This document shows, piece after piece, positions 8,861-21,756 of a stretch of DNA of 37,238 bases (the first letter of the stretch is position 1; each line of letters opens with the position of its first letter). The stretch is from positions 1 to 37,238 of the forward strand of contig CAYNUP010000045.1 of NCBI GenBank assembly GCA_964400565.1, in the 5' to 3' direction. A program made the translations under genes and the position numbers. Under the pieces are notes generated by a model. The model saw only the letters and a list, made by a program, of their open reading frames with translations. It did not search any database and had not been told where the DNA came from. Source of the stretch: an uncultured bacterium. GTDB taxonomy: Bacteria > Ratteibacteria > UBA8468 > B48-G9 > JAFGKM01.

Positions 8861-9395
8861 AGTTTTTATAATTTTACTCTTAATTTTCAATCTATGTCAT
8901 AGCCAGTATAAGGCAACTGTATCTCCTTTGATAAATAAAGAATATGGGAAAAATCTTTTAAATTTTATTAAAAATTCCAAAAAATCAATTTATGCAGTTA
9001 TGTTTCAAACAGGTTATTACCCTGAATACCCTGAAAGTATTTCAAACCAGATATTAAAAGAACTGGTAAATGCTAAAGGGAGAAATGTTAAAATTGAAAT
9101 TATTCTGGAAATGTCAAAAGAAGGAGATGTTAAAGAAAAAAATTTGAATACAGCAAGATTTCTTACAGAAAATGGTATAAAAGTTTATTTTGATAAGGAA
9201 ACAAAAACAACTCATATAAAACTTGTTATAATTGATGAAAAATATGTTTTTATCGGTAGCCATAACTGGAATTATTATGCTCTTGAAAAAAACAATGAGA
9301 TGAGCATTTTGATTGAATGTGAAGAATTTGCAAATTTGCTTATTGAATATTTCAAAAAACTTAAAAAGGATTGTAAATTATTCCGTCCTTTTTAA
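8832..9395 (+). CDS. Secreted single-HKD phospholipase D-family protein (Nuc-like endonuclease)
   Basis: 187 aa. N-terminal signal-like FRVFIILLLIFNLCHS. One HKD motif HIKLVIIDEKYVFIGSHNWN, i.e. HxK(x4)D(x6)GSxN. Confidence 0.7.
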   Translation: MLFKNIKKFRVFIILLLIFNLCHSQYKATVSPLINKEYGKNLLNFIKNSKKSIYAVMFQTGYYPEYPESISNQILKELVNAKGRNVKIEIILEMSKEGDVKEKNLNTARFLTENGIKVYFDKETKTTHIKLVIIDEKYVFIGSHNWNYYALEKNNEMSILIECEEFANLLIEYFKKLKKDCKLFRPF

Positions 9396-9402
9396 TAAAA
9401 TC

Positions 9403-11750
<2,348 letters not shown>

Positions 11751-11763
11751 ATTGACTCCCTAA

Positions 11764-12261
11764 TTAAATCTGGAATTTTTTATACTTTTTCAAATAGTTT
11801 ACCACCCCTCCAATTTTTATAATTTCAATAAGAAAATCAGGAATTTTTGTCCCATAAATTTCTATATTCTTAGTTATGTTTTTTATTTTACCTTCTTCAA
11901 GATATATTTCAATTTCATCACCACTATCAAGTTTATCTGTATCTGCTTCAATTAAAACAAGACCATTATTTATACTATTTCTGTAAAAAATCCTTGCAAA
12001 ACTTTTAGCAATAACTGCAGGAATTCCTGCATATTTAATAACAAGTGGTGCCTGTTCTCTACTGCTTCCACATCCAAAGTTTTTTCCTGCCACTATAAAA
12101 TCCCCTTTATTTACCTTTTTGTAAAAATCAGGGTCAATATCTTCCATTAAATGTTTTGATAACTCTTCCATATCAAGTGTTTTAAATTTATACTTACCAG
12201 AAATTATATAATCAGTATTGATATTATCTCCAAATTTATGAACCTTACCCTTTAACACCAT
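11764..12261 (-). CDS. Aconitase-family small subunit (LeuD/HacB-like), copy 1
   Basis: Motifs [21 protein letters not shown] and [17 protein letters not shown] start it at ATG 12261, which has an AAGGAG SD 8 nt upstream. The track start at 12282 is a TTG. Confidence 0.8.
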   Translation of the reverse strand: MVLKGKVHKFGDNINTDYIISGKYKFKTLDMEELSKHLMEDIDPDFYKKVNKGDFIVAGKNFGCGSSREQAPLVIKYAGIPAVIAKSFARIFYRNSINNGLVLIEADTDKLDSGDEIEIYLEEGKIKNITKNIEIYGTKIPDFLIEIIKIGGVVNYLKKYKKFQI

Positions 12262-12285
12262 TTTTATTCTCCTTTTGTTCAATAA

Positions 12286-12314
12286 TTTTTACCATAAATT
12301 TCTAAACATTTCAA
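12286..12314 (-). promoter_or_regulatory. Candidate promoter for the leuD-like/icd/purA operon: -35 TTGAAA, 17 nt, -10 TAAAAA
   Basis: On the minus strand TTGAAA is at 12314-12309 and TAAAAA at 12291-12286. Back-to-back with the nusA promoter. Confidence 0.3.
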
Positions 12315-12357
12315 ACTCTTTTCATACCCCATAAAATTCTTCTGAAAAAATGGCAAC

Positions 12358-12386
12358 TTGACACTTAAAGGCAAATTTAATAAAAT
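12358..12386 (+). promoter_or_regulatory. Sigma70-type promoter for the nusA array: -35 TTGACA, 17 nt, -10 TAAAAT
   Basis: TTGACA at 12358-12363 and TAAAAT at 12381-12386. GGAGG SD at 12397-12401 and ATG at 12410. Confidence 0.65.
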
Positions 12387-12409
12387 TAAAATATATGGAG
12401 GTTCTATAA

Positions 12410-13381
12410 ATGAAAAAGGAGATTGTTGCTTTATTAGAATATTGGGAGAAAGAAAGAGGGATTGAGAAAAATTATTTGATAGAATCCCTGGAAGACGGCC
12501 TTTTGACTGTTTATAGAAAAAAAGCAGGTCTTCCAGAAGATATAAAAATAAAAATAGATTCTGAAACAGGTGAAATAAAATTTATAAATGAAAATGGAGA
12601 AGAAGTCCCTCCACCAAGTTTTCCATGGGAAAGAATTGCTGCACAAACAGCAAGACATATTTTAATTCAAAAGATAAGGGAGGCAGAAAAAAATACAATC
12701 TATAACGAATTTAAAAATCTGGAAGGTGAAATTATAAGTGGAAGAGTTGAAAGGTTTGAAAATGAGAATATTGTTATAAGTATTGGAAAAGCTGAAGGAA
12801 TACTCCCTCACCATCATAAACTTCCAAACGACCATTTTAAAATTGGAGATGGTATAAAATGTTATCTTCTGGAAGTTAGACCCCCTTCAAAAGGCAATTA
12901 TCAACTGATTCTTTCCAGAACGCATCCTAATTTTGTTAAAAAATTACTTGAAAATGAAATCCCTGAAATAAAGGAAAAAATTGTTGAAATAAAAGCCATA
13001 GCAAGATTTCCAGGTGATTTAACAAAAGTTGCGGTATCTTCTAAAAATGAGAAAGTAGACCCTGTGGGAACATGCATTGGAGATAAAGCATCAAGGATAA
13101 AAAATATTGTGAAAGAATTAAGAGGAGAAAAAATAGAAATTATTCCATGGGAAGAAGATATAGTAAAATTTATTAAAAACTCTCTATCACCCGCAAAATC
13201 TAACGAGGTGTATATAGATGAGGATAAAAAGGAAGCAGTTGTAATTGTAGATGATGACCAGTTATTTCTTGCTATTGGAAAGAAGGGACAAAATGTTCGT
13301 CTGGCTTCAAAATTAACAAACTGGAACATTAAAGTTTTTAAAGTTTCTGAATACAAAAAGGAACCAAATAAACAAAAATGA
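12410..13381 (+). CDS. nusA: Transcription termination/antitermination factor NusA (short form, no C-terminal AR repeats)
   Basis: 323 aa. NusA N-domain, S1 domain (GEIISGRVERFE) and two KH domains (CIGDKASRIKNI, AIGKKGQNVRLASKL). Confidence 0.92.
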   Translation: MKKEIVALLEYWEKERGIEKNYLIESLEDGLLTVYRKKAGLPEDIKIKIDSETGEIKFINENGEEVPPPSFPWERIAAQTARHILIQKIREAEKNTIYNEFKNLEGEIISGRVERFENENIVISIGKAEGILPHHHKLPNDHFKIGDGIKCYLLEVRPPSKGNYQLILSRTHPNFVKKLLENEIPEIKEKIVEIKAIARFPGDLTKVAVSSKNEKVDPVGTCIGDKASRIKNIVKELRGEKIEIIPWEEDIVKFIKNSLSPAKSNEVYIDEDKKEAVVIVDDDQLFLAIGKKGQNVRLASKLTNWNIKVFKVSEYKKEPNKQK

Positions 13382-15303
13382 GAATTTATGAGTTGTCTAA
13401 AAAATATAATCTTCCCACAAAAAAATTTCTGGAAGAACTTGAAAAAATTGGAATTAAAGGGAAGAAAAGTTTAAGTGCAATCACTGATACAGAATTAAAA
13501 GAAATTGAAAATTATTTTGGAAAAAAAGAGGCAAAAGAAGAGATAAAAAAAGAAATTATTCTAACAGGGAACGAAAAAATTAAAGAACTTTCTGAAAAAT
13601 TAAATGTTCCAGCATCTGAAATTTTAAAATATTTATTGAATCTGAAAATTATCGCTAATATAAATCAAACCCTTGAAAAAAGTGTAATCCAGAAAATATG
13701 TGAAAAGTTTAATTTCATACCTGTCTTTAAGAAAGAAAAGGTTAAAGTCCAGCCAAAAATAGAAGAAAAGGAAATAAAACCCATATTGGTTCCTAAGGCA
13801 CCTGTAGTGACTATTATGGGACATGTAGATCATGGGAAAACTACAATTCTTGACAAAATAAGAAAAAGTAGAATTGCAGAAAAAGAAGTAGGACAGATAA
13901 CTCAAAAAATTGGGGCATATAAAGTCCATCTTCCAGAAGGAGATATTGTCTTTCTGGATACACCAGGACATGAAGCATTTACAGCAATGAGGGCAATGGG
14001 AGCGAAAGTTACAGATATAGTAGTACTTGTAGTTGCTGCTGACGAAGGTGTTAAACCTCAAACAATTGAAGCATTAAATCATGCAAAGTCTGCAGGTGTT
14101 CCCATAATAGTAGCAATAAACAAAATTGACAAACCAAATGCAAATCCTGAAAAAGTGAAACAGCAACTCTCTGAATATGGGCTTATTCCTGAAGAATGGG
14201 GAGGAGATACTGTATATGTAAATGTTTCCGGATTAACAGGTCAAGGTATAAATGAACTTCTTGAAATGATACTTCTCATGGGAGAAATGTTAGAATTAAA
14301 AGCGAATATAAATTGTAAAGCAGAAGGAACAATTATTGAATCTTTAATTGATAGGTTCAGAGGACCTGTTATAAGTGTAATTATTGAAAATGGAAAATTG
14401 AAAATAGGAGACCCTTTTATTGCAGGAAATACATGGGGAAAAGTAAGAGCCATGATTGATGACTGGGGAAATCGCATAGAAGAAGCAGGACCTTCTACTC
14501 CGGTAGAAATTCTTGGGGCACATGAAATTGCTTTTCCAGGAGAAAAATTCAAAGTAGTAGATTCAGAAAAAGAAGCAAAAGAATTCGTGGAAAAAATTAA
14601 AAGAGAAAAAGAGAGTAAAGTTGTTCCAGTTAAAAAATTGAGTTTAAAAGACCTTTACAAAGAAATAAAAAAGGGAGAAATAAAAGAACTTCATATTGTT
14701 CTTAAAACTGACTTTTATAATTCAATAGACGCCATAAAAAATATAATAGAAAAAATCCCTCAAAATGAAATAAAGGTCAATATTATTCATGCAGGAACAG
14801 GACCTATAAGTGAATCAGACGTTCTTCTTGCATCTGCTTCAAATGGAATTGTTCTGGGTTTTAAGGTTCCCGTTGAACCTAAAGCAAAAGAACTTGCAAA
14901 AAGAGAAAATGTTGAAATAAGAACATATGAAATAATATATGATATTGGAGATGATATTATAAAAGCGATAGAGGGAATGCTTGAACCAGAAATTAAAGAG
15001 GAATTACTTGGACAGGCTCTTGTAAAAAAAGTTTTTAAACTGTCAAAAGGTATTGTAATTGCAGGTTGTGTTGTTGTTGATGGAAAGGTTGTAAAAAATT
15101 CAAAAGTTAAAATTGTAAGAAATGGAAAAATAATTTTTGAAGGGACTCTTTCAAGTTTAAAAAGATTCAAGGATAATGTGAATGAGGTGAGTTATAATAA
15201 TGAATGTGGAATAGGTATAGAAAATTTTTTTGATTTTCAAGAAGGAGATATAATTCAGTGTTATAATATTGTTGAAATTCCAAGAAAATTGAAAGGAGTT
15301 TAA
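13378..15303 (+). CDS. infB: Translation initiation factor IF-2
   Basis: 641 aa. ATGA overlap with nusA. G-domain motifs [17 protein letters not shown] and NKID. Confidence 0.95.
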   Translation: MRIYELSKKYNLPTKKFLEELEKIGIKGKKSLSAITDTELKEIENYFGKKEAKEEIKKEIILTGNEKIKELSEKLNVPASEILKYLLNLKIIANINQTLEKSVIQKICEKFNFIPVFKKEKVKVQPKIEEKEIKPILVPKAPVVTIMGHVDHGKTTILDKIRKSRIAEKEVGQITQKIGAYKVHLPEGDIVFLDTPGHEAFTAMRAMGAKVTDIVVLVVAADEGVKPQTIEALNHAKSAGVPIIVAINKIDKPNANPEKVKQQLSEYGLIPEEWGGDTVYVNVSGLTGQGINELLEMILLMGEMLELKANINCKAEGTIIESLIDRFRGPVISVIIENGKLKIGDPFIAGNTWGKVRAMIDDWGNRIEEAGPSTPVEILGAHEIAFPGEKFKVVDSEKEAKEFVEKIKREKESKVVPVKKLSLKDLYKEIKKGEIKELHIVLKTDFYNSIDAIKNIIEKIPQNEIKVNIIHAGTGPISESDVLLASASNGIVLGFKVPVEPKAKELAKRENVEIRTYEIIYDIGDDIIKAIEGMLEPEIKEELLGQALVKKVFKLSKGIVIAGCVVVDGKVVKNSKVKIVRNGKIIFEGTLSSLKRFKDNVNEVSYNNECGIGIENFFDFQEGDIIQCYNIVEIPRKLKGV

Positions 15304-15304
15304 A

Positions 15305-15640
15305 ATGGACTGTATATTTTGTAAAATTGTGAATAATGAAATAAAGAGTGAAAAAATTTATGAAGATGAAGATGTAATAGGGATAAAAGATATAAATCCT
15401 CAGGCACCTATTCACATTCTTATAATTCCCAAAAAACATTTTGAAAAATTATATCAAATAGAAGATACTGAACTACTGGGTAAAATGATAAAAGTCGCCT
15501 CTTTAATTGCGGAAAAAGAAGGAATTAAATACTCTGGATATAGATTAGTTATTAATACAAATAGAAATGCTGGACAGAGCGTTGACCATGTTCATATACA
15601 TCTTTTGGGTGGAAGAATAATGCTCTGGCCACCTGGTTAA
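15305..15640 (+). CDS. HIT-family nucleotide hydrolase (HinT-like)
   Basis: 111 aa. CIFCKI start and histidine triad HVHIHLLGG. Confidence 0.85.
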   Translation: MDCIFCKIVNNEIKSEKIYEDEDVIGIKDINPQAPIHILIIPKKHFEKLYQIEDTELLGKMIKVASLIAEKEGIKYSGYRLVINTNRNAGQSVDHVHIHLLGGRIMLWPPG

Positions 15641-15645
15641 TAAAA

Positions 15646-16209
15646 ATGAAAAGTTTAATTAGATATATAATAGTGCTTTCCTGTTTGTCTATTTTAATCA
15701 GTTGTGGGAAAAAAGATAAGGGAAATATTATTTCTGATGAGGAAAAACTTACTGAATTTTCTTTAAAACATTTTTCTAAAAATTATTCATTTACATTAAC
15801 AGGGGAAAGTGCCGAAATTGTCTCTAATAAAAGTACAAGAATTTCTGCTCCTTCTTTTTCCTTAAGAACTGCATCAGAAATAATTGAAATCAAAACAGAT
15901 AAAGAAGGAAAAGGCGAAATAAAGGTTGACCCAGAGGCAAATAAGTTGAAAGAGGTAGTTATAACAGGGAAAATTTTAATTTTATATAAAGATAAAAAAG
16001 ATGGAAAAATAACAATGGAGGTCTCCTGTGGAAGAGTAACATATGTAGATGAAAAAAAAGAAATGGTTTTTGAAGAAAAACCAATAATCAAAAGAGGCAA
16101 AAATATATTTTCAGGCGAAAAAATTATTTACAATATAGAAAATAATTTAATAGAAATAAAAGGAAATGTAAATGTGGAGATTTATCCTGAAGAAAAATCT
16201 GATAAGTAG
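15646..16209 (+). CDS. Lipoprotein, possibly LptC/LptA (OstA)-like
   Basis: 187 aa. Lipobox LISC after a hydrophobic h-region. The beta-rich repeats, including GKNIFSGEKIIYNIENNLIEIKGNV, are reminiscent of OstA-like domains. The function call is weak. Confidence 0.4.
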   Translation: MKSLIRYIIVLSCLSILISCGKKDKGNIISDEEKLTEFSLKHFSKNYSFTLTGESAEIVSNKSTRISAPSFSLRTASEIIEIKTDKEGKGEIKVDPEANKLKEVVITGKILILYKDKKDGKITMEVSCGRVTYVDEKKEMVFEEKPIIKRGKNIFSGEKIIYNIENNLIEIKGNVNVEIYPEEKSDK

Positions 16210-17068
16210 TATATTTCTAATTTTAATCTATTATGGATTTACTCAAAACTTGTTGTATGTAAAATTACTTGATGGAAATGTTATAAAAGAATTGGAATTT
16301 GAAGAGTATATCGCAGGTGTTATATCAAAAGAAATGGGAGAAAATTTTCCAGTAGAAGCATTAAAAGCACAGGCAGTTGTTTCAAGAACATACTTAATCT
16401 GGAAAAAAAATGTAAATAAAAATAATATTCATGATATTGAAAATTCAATTTATAATCAAGTTTTTAAAGAGTGCAAAAGTGAAAAAATAAAAATAGCCGT
16501 AAACCAGACAAAAGGAGAAATTCTGGTTGATGAAAAAGGAGAAATAGTTCCTGTTTTTTTTCATGCATGCTGTGGAGGTAAAACTGCAAATCCTTCAGAT
16601 GTATGGGGGGGTGATTATCCTTTAAATATCTCAACTTCTGATATTTATTGCGAAAAATGTCCTTATTATACATGGAAAAAAAGCATTTCAAAAAAATATC
16701 TCTCAGAAATTCTGGGATTAAAAATTGATAGGATAGAAATAATAGAAAGAGACCAGACAAATAGAGTAAAAAATTTGCAAATTTTAACAAAAGATGGTAA
16801 AATAAAAAAATTTAGCGGACATGAGTTTAGATTAAGAATAAATGAGAAAACTGATGTATACTTTAATAATCCTTATATAATTCCAAGTACTATGTTTGAA
16901 ATTGAAGATTATGGAGATAAGATCATTTTTAAGGGAAAAGGTTATGGGCATGGAGTGGGAATGTGTCAGTATGGAGCAAAGCAGATGGCAGAAATGGGAT
17001 TTAATTATAAGGAAATATTAAAATTTTATTTCCCAAATTTAAAAATCCAAAATTTAAAAAGTGATTAA
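16172..17068 (+). CDS. SpoIID/LytB-domain protein (lytic transglycosylase/amidase enhancer family)
   Basis: 298 aa with a signal-like N-terminus. Motifs ALKAQAVVSRTY, FHACCGG and GHGVGMCQYGA. Confidence 0.8.
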   Translation: MWRFILKKNLISSIFLILIYYGFTQNLLYVKLLDGNVIKELEFEEYIAGVISKEMGENFPVEALKAQAVVSRTYLIWKKNVNKNNIHDIENSIYNQVFKECKSEKIKIAVNQTKGEILVDEKGEIVPVFFHACCGGKTANPSDVWGGDYPLNISTSDIYCEKCPYYTWKKSISKKYLSEILGLKIDRIEIIERDQTNRVKNLQILTKDGKIKKFSGHEFRLRINEKTDVYFNNPYIIPSTMFEIEDYGDKIIFKGKGYGHGVGMCQYGAKQMAEMGFNYKEILKFYFPNLKIQNLKSD

Positions 17069-17077
17069 GGAGGGAAA

Positions 17078-17374
17078 ATGAATATTAAAATTTATTCAGA
17101 AGTAAAGATAGACAAGATTTTTGAAGATTATATAAAAAAGAAAATTGAAAAATTTCAGAAATTCATTTTTGATGATGGATATACAGAATTTTATATAAAG
17201 AAAGATGGTCCAATGTTTTTAACCGAAATTTATCTCCATTCAAAAAATTTTAAAGTTTTTTTAAAAGAATCTGATGGCGATTTAAATAAAAGCGTGGAAA
17301 ACCTTCTTGATAGAACAAAAAAGAAAATCAGAAGATTACATGAAAAAGTGGTAAATAAAAAGGAGGCAAAATGA
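17078..17374 (+). CDS. hpf: Ribosome hibernation promoting factor (short HPF/RaiA family)
   Basis: 98 aa with an AAGGAGG SD. The N-terminal pattern, size, and position directly upstream of ptsN fit the S30AE family. Confidence 0.7.
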   Translation: MNIKIYSEVKIDKIFEDYIKKKIEKFQKFIFDDGYTEFYIKKDGPMFLTEIYLHSKNFKVFLKESDGDLNKSVENLLDRTKKKIRRLHEKVVNKKEAK

Positions 17375-17844
17375 AAGTGAGTGAATATTTAAAAGAGGAT
17401 TGTATTATAATAAATCTGAAAAGTAGAGATAAAGAGGGCTCTCTGAAAGAACTTATAAATTTACTTGAAAAAAATGGATATATTAAAGACAGTAAGCAAA
17501 TTCTGGAAACTGTTATGGATAGGGAAAAACTTGGTTCAACAGGAATTGGACAGGGAATTGCTATCCCTCACGCAAAGACAGATCAAATTAATGACATTAT
17601 ATGTGCATTGGGAATATCTAAAAGTGGAGTAGATTTTGACTCTCTTGATGGAGACCCTGTATATATTATATTTTTAGTCCTCGCACCTACAAAATCTATA
17701 GGGCAACATTTAAAAACTCTGGCAAAGATAGCCCGTCTTCTCAAAGATAAAGTTTTCAGAACTTCTTTAAGGAATTGTAAAACTCCTGCTGAAGCATTAA
17801 AAATCATTAAAGAAGATGAAGAAAAGTTGAATAGTTTAACTTAA
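17371..17844 (+). CDS. ptsN: PTS EIIA-Ntr-type regulatory protein
   Basis: 157 aa. ATGA overlap with hpf. EIIA_2 active-site block GIGQGIAIPHAK. Confidence 0.8.
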   Translation: MKVSEYLKEDCIIINLKSRDKEGSLKELINLLEKNGYIKDSKQILETVMDREKLGSTGIGQGIAIPHAKTDQINDIICALGISKSGVDFDSLDGDPVYIIFLVLAPTKSIGQHLKTLAKIARLLKDKVFRTSLRNCKTPAEALKIIKEDEEKLNSLT

Positions 17845-17846
17845 AA

Positions 17847-19556
17847 ATGAAAAAATTAAAAGGTATTGGTGTTTCTCCTGGTATAGGTATTGGAATAGCA
17901 AAAAAAATAAGTAATGATTTTTTCTCAGTATGTATAGGAAAAAAAATAAAAGATGAGAAGGTTGAAAAAGAAATAGAAAGATTTTATGAAAGTATTAAAA
18001 AAACAGAAGAGGAAATTTTAAAAATTAAAGCAACCACAGAAAAACTTGCAGGAAAAGAGTACTCAGAGATCTTTTCCTTTTACATTTCAATCCTTAAAGA
18101 TAGAAATTTAATAGAAAAAATTGAAAGAACAATAAAACAAGAAAAGGTCTCTGCTGAAACTGCTTTAAAAAAGTTTATTGACGGGTTAAACAAAGATCTT
18201 CTTGAAAATAATTTTTTAAAAGATAGAAAGAAAGAAATTTTTGATATATTGGGAAAAATAATTTCAAATCTTTGTAATAAACCTGATGAAATTGAAACAT
18301 TGAAAAATACTATTCTTGTTGCAAATGACCTTTCTCCAACTCAAACAGTTTCTATAAATAAAAAATATGTGAAAGGTTTTATTACCTGTGTAGGAACAGG
18401 AACTTCTCATACAAGTATAATAGCAAAAGCACTTGAAATACCCGCAATTGTTGGAGTTGAAAATGCCATGGATGAAATAAGGGAAAATGACATTCTATTG
18501 ATTGACGGCACTGATGGAATTATAATCGTCAATCCATCTCCTTCTGAAATAAAAAAAATAAAATCTCGGGAGAGAAAAATTGCTCAACTTAAAAAGAAAA
18601 TATATATTTTAAGAAATAAAGAAACAGTAACAAAAGATGGAAAGAAAATTGGACTATATGCTAATATTGAACTTCCAGAAGAATTGGACTCTGTTATAAA
18701 ATATGGTGCAGAAGGAATAGGTCTTTTCAGAACAGAATATCTTTATTTAAAAAGAAAAGATTTACCAACAGAAGAAGAACAATTCCTTTCTTACAAAAAA
18801 ATAGCAGATAAAATGAAAGATAAGCCAATTATAATAAGAACAATTGATGTAGGTGGAGATAAATTTATTTCTGCATTTGAAGGTCCAAAAGAATTGAATT
18901 CTTTGTTGGGATTAAGAGGGATTAGATTTTCCCTTGAAAAAAAGGATATTTTTCTAACACAGATAAGGGCTATTTTAAAAGCAAGTTATTATGGCAATTT
19001 TAAAATGATGTTTCCCATGGTAACAACTGTGGAAGAAGTGATAGAAGCCAAAAAAATTGTTGAAATAGCAAAAAATGAACTGATTAAAGAAGGAATAAAA
19101 TTTAATGAAAATATAGAAATAGGCATTATGATTGAAACTCCTTCTTCTGCCATTATTTCAGATGAACTTGCACAAGAAGTAGATTTTTTCAGTATAGGGT
19201 CTAATGACTTGATTCAATATACACTTGCTATTGATAGGGTAAGTGAAAAACTCTCTTATTTATATAAACCATGCCATCCCTCTATTTTAAAACTTATAAA
19301 ATTAACTATTGAAAATGCTAAAAAAAATAACATAAAAGTGGGAATATGTGGCGAAATGGCATCAATACCTGAAATAGCATGTCTGTTGATTGGTTTGGGA
19401 ATAGATGAATTGAGTATGGCACCTGTTGCGATTCCTTCTGTAAAAGAAAAGATTATCAAAAACTATTATTCAAAAATTAAAGAAATCGCAGAAAAAGTTA
19501 TTAATTTTAACTCTCATGAAAAAATAATGAGTTTTCTTAAAAAAAATCTTAATTAA
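17847..19556 (+). CDS. ptsI: Phosphoenolpyruvate-protein phosphotransferase (PTS enzyme I, no GAF domain)
   Basis: 569 aa. Phospho-His block GTGTSHTSIIAKA, plus GLFRTEYLY, IGSNDLIQY and CGEMAS. Confidence 0.9.
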   Translation: MKKLKGIGVSPGIGIGIAKKISNDFFSVCIGKKIKDEKVEKEIERFYESIKKTEEEILKIKATTEKLAGKEYSEIFSFYISILKDRNLIEKIERTIKQEKVSAETALKKFIDGLNKDLLENNFLKDRKKEIFDILGKIISNLCNKPDEIETLKNTILVANDLSPTQTVSINKKYVKGFITCVGTGTSHTSIIAKALEIPAIVGVENAMDEIRENDILLIDGTDGIIIVNPSPSEIKKIKSRERKIAQLKKKIYILRNKETVTKDGKKIGLYANIELPEELDSVIKYGAEGIGLFRTEYLYLKRKDLPTEEEQFLSYKKIADKMKDKPIIIRTIDVGGDKFISAFEGPKELNSLLGLRGIRFSLEKKDIFLTQIRAILKASYYGNFKMMFPMVTTVEEVIEAKKIVEIAKNELIKEGIKFNENIEIGIMIETPSSAIISDELAQEVDFFSIGSNDLIQYTLAIDRVSEKLSYLYKPCHPSILKLIKLTIENAKKNNIKVGICGEMASIPEIACLLIGLGIDELSMAPVAIPSVKEKIIKNYYSKIKEIAEKVINFNSHEKIMSFLKKNLN

Positions 19557-19580
19557 AATATTTTTAAAAAGGAAGAAAGA

Positions 19581-20612
19581 ATGAAATTTTCACAGAAAAA
19601 ATTAAAAAAGTATGATAAACAAAATATGTTGTCTTTACTTGAAAATTTTCCACACCATTGTTATGAAGGATATAATTTTGAAACTCCAGAAATTCCTGCG
19701 AAATTTAAGAAAATAGTTTTTACAGGGATGGGCGGTTCTGGAATAAGTGGAGAAATAATGAAAATTTTAATAGAAGAAATCAGTTGTACACCTGTTTCTG
19801 TAATAAAGGACTATTTTCTTCCAGAATATGTAGATACTGAAACTTTGGTTATAGTTGAAAGTTATTCTGGAAATACGGAAGAAACATTGAGTGCATATAA
19901 AGTTGCAAAAGAAAAAAAGAGTATAATTTTATGTATTTCAAGCAATGGAGAAATAGAAAAAAGATGTGAAGAGGACAAGACCCCGATAATCAAAATACCA
20001 CCTGGAATGCCCCCAAGATGTGCTTTAGGATATTTATTTTTTCCTGTTTATAAACTTTTTGTAAATATGAAAATATTACCCGAATTAAAAAAAGATTTTT
20101 TTGAGAAACTTGAAAACTGGAAAAGCGAATTTATTCCAAATAATAAAAATAATCTGGCTATGGAAATTGCTGAAAAAATATATAAAAAAATCTCTCTTAT
20201 TTATTCAGAAAATAGATTTTATCCCGGAATTTTAAGATGGAAAACACAAATTGCAGAAAATTCCAAAAGTTTTTCTTTTATAAATGTTTTTCCTGAAATG
20301 AATCATAATGAAATAATGTCCTTCAGTTTCCCGGAATGGTTTGTAAAAAAGTTGGTTATCCTATTTGTTATTTCAGAACTTGAAAATGATAGAATTAAAA
20401 AAAGGATTGAAATAACAGAAAATATAGTAAAGTTGAGGATAAATGAGATATTGAAAATAAAATTAAAAGGAGATACAATTTTAGAAAAACTTCTTTATTT
20501 AATAATTCTTGGAGACTGGATAAGTTATTATTTAGCAATTTTAAATAAGGTTGATCCTACGGAGATAAAAGAGATAAATATTTTAAAAGAAGAATTAAAA
20601 AAGGAGGGATAA
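19581..20612 (+). CDS. Bifunctional phosphoglucose/phosphomannose isomerase (SIS domain)
   Basis: 343 aa. SIS motifs GMGGSGISG and SYSGNTEET. Length and layout match archaeal/Aquifex-type PGI/PMI. Confidence 0.7.
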   Translation: MKFSQKKLKKYDKQNMLSLLENFPHHCYEGYNFETPEIPAKFKKIVFTGMGGSGISGEIMKILIEEISCTPVSVIKDYFLPEYVDTETLVIVESYSGNTEETLSAYKVAKEKKSIILCISSNGEIEKRCEEDKTPIIKIPPGMPPRCALGYLFFPVYKLFVNMKILPELKKDFFEKLENWKSEFIPNNKNNLAMEIAEKIYKKISLIYSENRFYPGILRWKTQIAENSKSFSFINVFPEMNHNEIMSFSFPEWFVKKLVILFVISELENDRIKKRIEITENIVKLRINEILKIKLKGDTILEKLLYLIILGDWISYYLAILNKVDPTEIKEINILKEELKKEG

Positions 20613-20613
20613 G

Positions 20614-21756
20614 GTGAAAAATCCATATTTTTTTACATCAGAATCTGTATGCGAAGGACATCCCGATAAAATATGTGACCAGATTTCTGATGCAATCCTT
20701 GATGAAGTTTTAAAACAGGATAGAAATGGGAGGGTTGCCTGTGAAACATTAACAACAAGAGGTTTGATATTTGTTGCAGGTGAAATAACTACTTCTGGAT
20801 ATGTGGATATTCCTGAAGTAATAAGAAATTTATTGAAAGAAATAGGATATACTGAACCATCCTATGGATTTCAGTATGAATCAGTTGGAATTATTACCTC
20901 GATTCAGGAACAAGCACCTGAAATAGCAATGGGTGTAGACAAAGGAGGAGCAGGAGACCAGGGTATGATGTTTGGATATGCAACAGATGAAACAAAAGAA
21001 TTAATGCCTCTACCAATAATTCTGGCTCATAAACTTGTAATGCGTCTGGCTGAAATAAGAAAGAAAAAAATTGTTGATTATTTAAGACCTGATGGAAAAT
21101 CCCAGGTAACCGTTCTTTATGAAAATGGAAAACCTGTAAGTGTTGAAAGTGTCGTTGTTTCTGCTCAACATAATCCTGATGTTCCTTATAGTAAAATCAG
21201 AGAAGATATTATAGAACTTGTGATAAATTATGTAATTCCAGAAGATTTGAAAAGTAAAAATATGAAAATTTTTATAAATCCAACAGGAAGTTTTACCATT
21301 GGAGGTCCAATGGCTGATACAGGTGTTACTGGAAGAAAAATTATAGTTGATACATATGGAGGGGTTGGAAGTCATGGAGGAGGATGCTTTTCTGGCAAAG
21401 ACCCTACAAAAGTTGATAGGTCTGGTTCATATATGGCGAGATATCTTGCAAAAAATATAGTTGCTTCAGGAATTGCAAAAAAATGTGAAATACAGATTGC
21501 TTATGTTATAGGACAAGTAGAGCCTGTATCTTTAATGGTAAACACATATGGTACAGGAATTATTCCTGAAACAGAAATTATAAAAATAATAAAAGAAAAC
21601 TTTGATTTGTCTCCAAGAGGGATTATAAAAAAACTTGATTTATTAAGACCAATTTATAGAAAAACTGCCTGTTATGGACATTTTGGAAGAAATGACGATG
21701 ATTTTACATGGGAAAAAACAGATGCTAAAGAAACATTTCTCAAAAATATTAAATAA
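20614..21756 (+). CDS. metK: S-adenosylmethionine synthetase
   Basis: 380 aa. GTG start with an AAGGAGGG SD (20601-20608). Motifs [23 protein letters not shown] and [16 protein letters not shown]. Confidence 0.95.
   Translation: MKNPYFFTSESVCEGHPDKICDQISDAILDEVLKQDRNGRVACETLTTRGLIFVAGEITTSGYVDIPEVIRNLLKEIGYTEPSYGFQYESVGIITSIQEQAPEIAMGVDKGGAGDQGMMFGYATDETKELMPLPIILAHKLVMRLAEIRKKKIVDYLRPDGKSQVTVLYENGKPVSVESVVVSAQHNPDVPYSKIREDIIELVINYVIPEDLKSKNMKIFINPTGSFTIGGPMADTGVTGRKIIVDTYGGVGSHGGGCFSGKDPTKVDRSGSYMARYLAKNIVASGIAKKCEIQIAYVIGQVEPVSLMVNTYGTGIIPETEIIKIIKENFDLSPRGIIKKLDLLRPIYRKTACYGHFGRNDDDFTWEKTDAKETFLKNIK

Noticed and set aside
16605-16611. G7 homopolymer inside the SpoIID-like gene, a possible phase-variation tract.
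   Set aside because: It encodes the conserved WGG residues (VWGGDY), and seven residues is short for efficient slippage. It would only matter if length variation were seen across reads or strains.
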